DNA of 49,826 nt, the filler included, from Dirinaria sp. TL-2023a (taxonomy: Eukaryota), in NCBI GenBank assembly GCA_051941275.1. It is 2 parts of 2 records of this genome, joined end to end, with 100 filler letters (N's around TTAATTAATTAA, not from the genome) between each part and the next. Parts side by side here need not be neighbours in the genome. Positions count along the whole stretch, not along the records: positions 24,993 to 49,826 come from JAVEBF010000182.1; 1 more part is not named here. The stretch is one strand, 5' to 3'. Positions 48,178 through 49,826 of the stretch are shown piece by piece (positions within the stretch are counted from its first letter, which is position 1; every line of letters begins with the position of its first letter). The notes beneath the pieces are model-generated. The model ran no database searches. It saw only the letters and a list, made by a program, of their open reading frames with translations, and was not told where the DNA came from. Position numbers and translations under genes: made by a program.

Positions 48178-49673
48178 ATGGCTTCTCGATTTGAGCCGCA
48201 GGCATGGCAGATACCAGGGCAATCATCATGGGAACAGCCTCCATCTAGCTCAGGTACGAGTACACGCTCACGGTTCGATCCTGAAGTTGGATCAGTCCTT
48301 CTAACGCTCGAGTTGCAGCAGCCGGTTCGCCTATGCAAAGCAGCGATGACAACGCTTTCCAGTCGCAGGTTGAAGGTGCGTCGAGCATGATGCTCGCTCT
48401 GCAGATGCTATTGCTATTAAATCGATCCAATGAGCTGTGGCTGATCAATGCTCAGAGATCGAAAGGGCACGCGAAAACTTAATTCAAAGCGGAAAGCCAT
48501 TTGGAGGTCCAAGAAGTAATCCTATGCCGATGATGGGAGGCGCAAGACCATACCCCGACTTCGGTAAGCGGCTTTTCACACTAAGGCTGAAGCGAATCCG
48601 ATTTGACAGGACCAGATCCCACTATGCCCAGCATGTCACAGCGACACTCAATTGGTAGCTTCGAGCATGTGCGCCCTCCATCAAACTCTAGCCTTCAGAA
48701 CTTCTACGCCAACCAGCGCCACCAGCCGAGGCAGAGTGATGCAGACCAGATGATGCAGGCTAAGCGGAGAATGGCTGCCCAGCGCGAGCGGGAACTGCGC
48801 AACTATCATCAGGAGCAGCAGTACAACAGAAGTGAGTGCTAAAGCCTGCGCTCTACGAAAACACTTTGGTACTCACAAAAGGTAGATGCGTCCGTGCAGG
48901 GCAAAACCGATCGCGCAACCAGTCCCAATACCATGAATGAGGAGGACCGGCGTGAGCTGATTGCGCGCCAACACCGAGCACTATACGGGAGCGAGGGTGC
49001 TCCAATGTATGAGGGAGGTAATTTTGGCGAAAATCAAGCAGGACGCCAGCCTCAATCTGGAGGCGGAAATGGAGGCCGTGGTACATCACCTCGCACCTTT
49101 GACCCTTTCAACAGAGGCCAGAACCAGCCTCAATCTGCGGTTGGCGACCCAGCCGGACATTTTAATCCTACCGAGCAAGGGCAACAGGCCACAACCGGTC
49201 CTTCGCCGAACGCTCCGCAGCAACGGTCACGCGCCAACAGCAACTCGTCGCCCGCTTCCAACCAGCAAGGCTTCAGCTTATTTGACAACAACGCACAACA
49301 ATCCAGCCGGACATCTACCTCATCACCCGGCGAATCATCCGGACAGCAAGCAAAGACTTCGGGAGCACCCACGAGCGCTGGTGTGGCGCCTATCGGTACA
49401 CGTCCGGCACCAAACCAACCTGCAAATCCCGCGCTGAACAAGCGCTCGACGACTCCTTTGCCCTCTCCCCTCAGCTACGGCTTTGCGCCTACTGAAGGCT
49501 CTCAAACCAACTCCACCAACGAGAGATCGACCTCATCCGCCTCCAATCCGAATTCGAACCCGAATCCTTCAGCAGGTACAGGCAAGGAAGCTGGCGTAGG
49601 CATGGCATGGGGAAGCGGAAGCGGGGCATGGGGCAAAAACCCGCTCGGAGTTCAGGCATCGGTGTGGGGTTGA
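48178..49673 (+). CDS. Conserved fungal hypothetical protein (Q/S/P/N-rich, multi-exon)
   Basis: Spliced frame MASRFEPQAWQ...EEIERARENLIQSGK...LQNFYANQRH...MMQAKRRMAAQRERELRNYHQEQQYNR...EEDRRELIARQHRALYG...GVQASVWG with GT-AG introns. I recognise these blocks from filamentous ascomycete hypothetical proteins. Confidence 0.8.
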
Positions 49674-49826
49674 AAAAAATTCGGGACGGAGCTTTTGGTT
49701 GAGGCATCACTAATGGTGTTTTTTTTTTTCTTTTCTTTTTTCAATCGCATTTCCAGGTGTCGTTTGGGTCGGTCTACTTTAGTCAGCAAATTGGGGGAGG
49801 GGGATCGTGTTCACAAACTTTTTGGG

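Noticed and set aside
48271..48290. GGTTCGATCC T-loop-like motif suggesting a tRNA
   Set aside because: Lies within an intron and no cloverleaf could be formed.

Overview
Eukaryotic DNA from a filamentous ascomycete (Pezizomycotina-type GT-AG introns with CTRAC branch sites). The first ~8 kb is AT-rich and decayed: a dispersed ~140-180 bp direct repeat differing only by C>T/G>A changes (RIP-like), a GACTTG array, a diverged ~150 bp tandem duplication and broken ORFs. Intact genes follow: a fungal-specific TF-domain protein lacking a Zn2Cys6 finger, an intronless LIP-family lipase, MTC5/SEA3 (WDR59) divergent from UBC13, a 7-exon ~1030 aa orphan with a C-terminal Cys-rich domain (split by the ORF track), RPL24 (cut by an artificial 100-nt N/TTAATTAATTAA spacer), PFA5 DHHC palmitoyltransferase, an intronless tail-anchored coiled-coil repeat protein, an acyltransferase-3, isovaleryl-CoA dehydrogenase and a conserved hypothetical protein. 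The most striking unexplained signal is a co-oriented cluster of three small minus-strand genes (29.1, 31.0 and 35.5 kb) on both sides of PFA5. They carry four copies of one zinc-ribbon motif, W-x-C-x2-C-x12-C-x2-C-x-H-x2-C-x2-C (one copy variant). Exon coordinates were derived by hand and no database searches were run.
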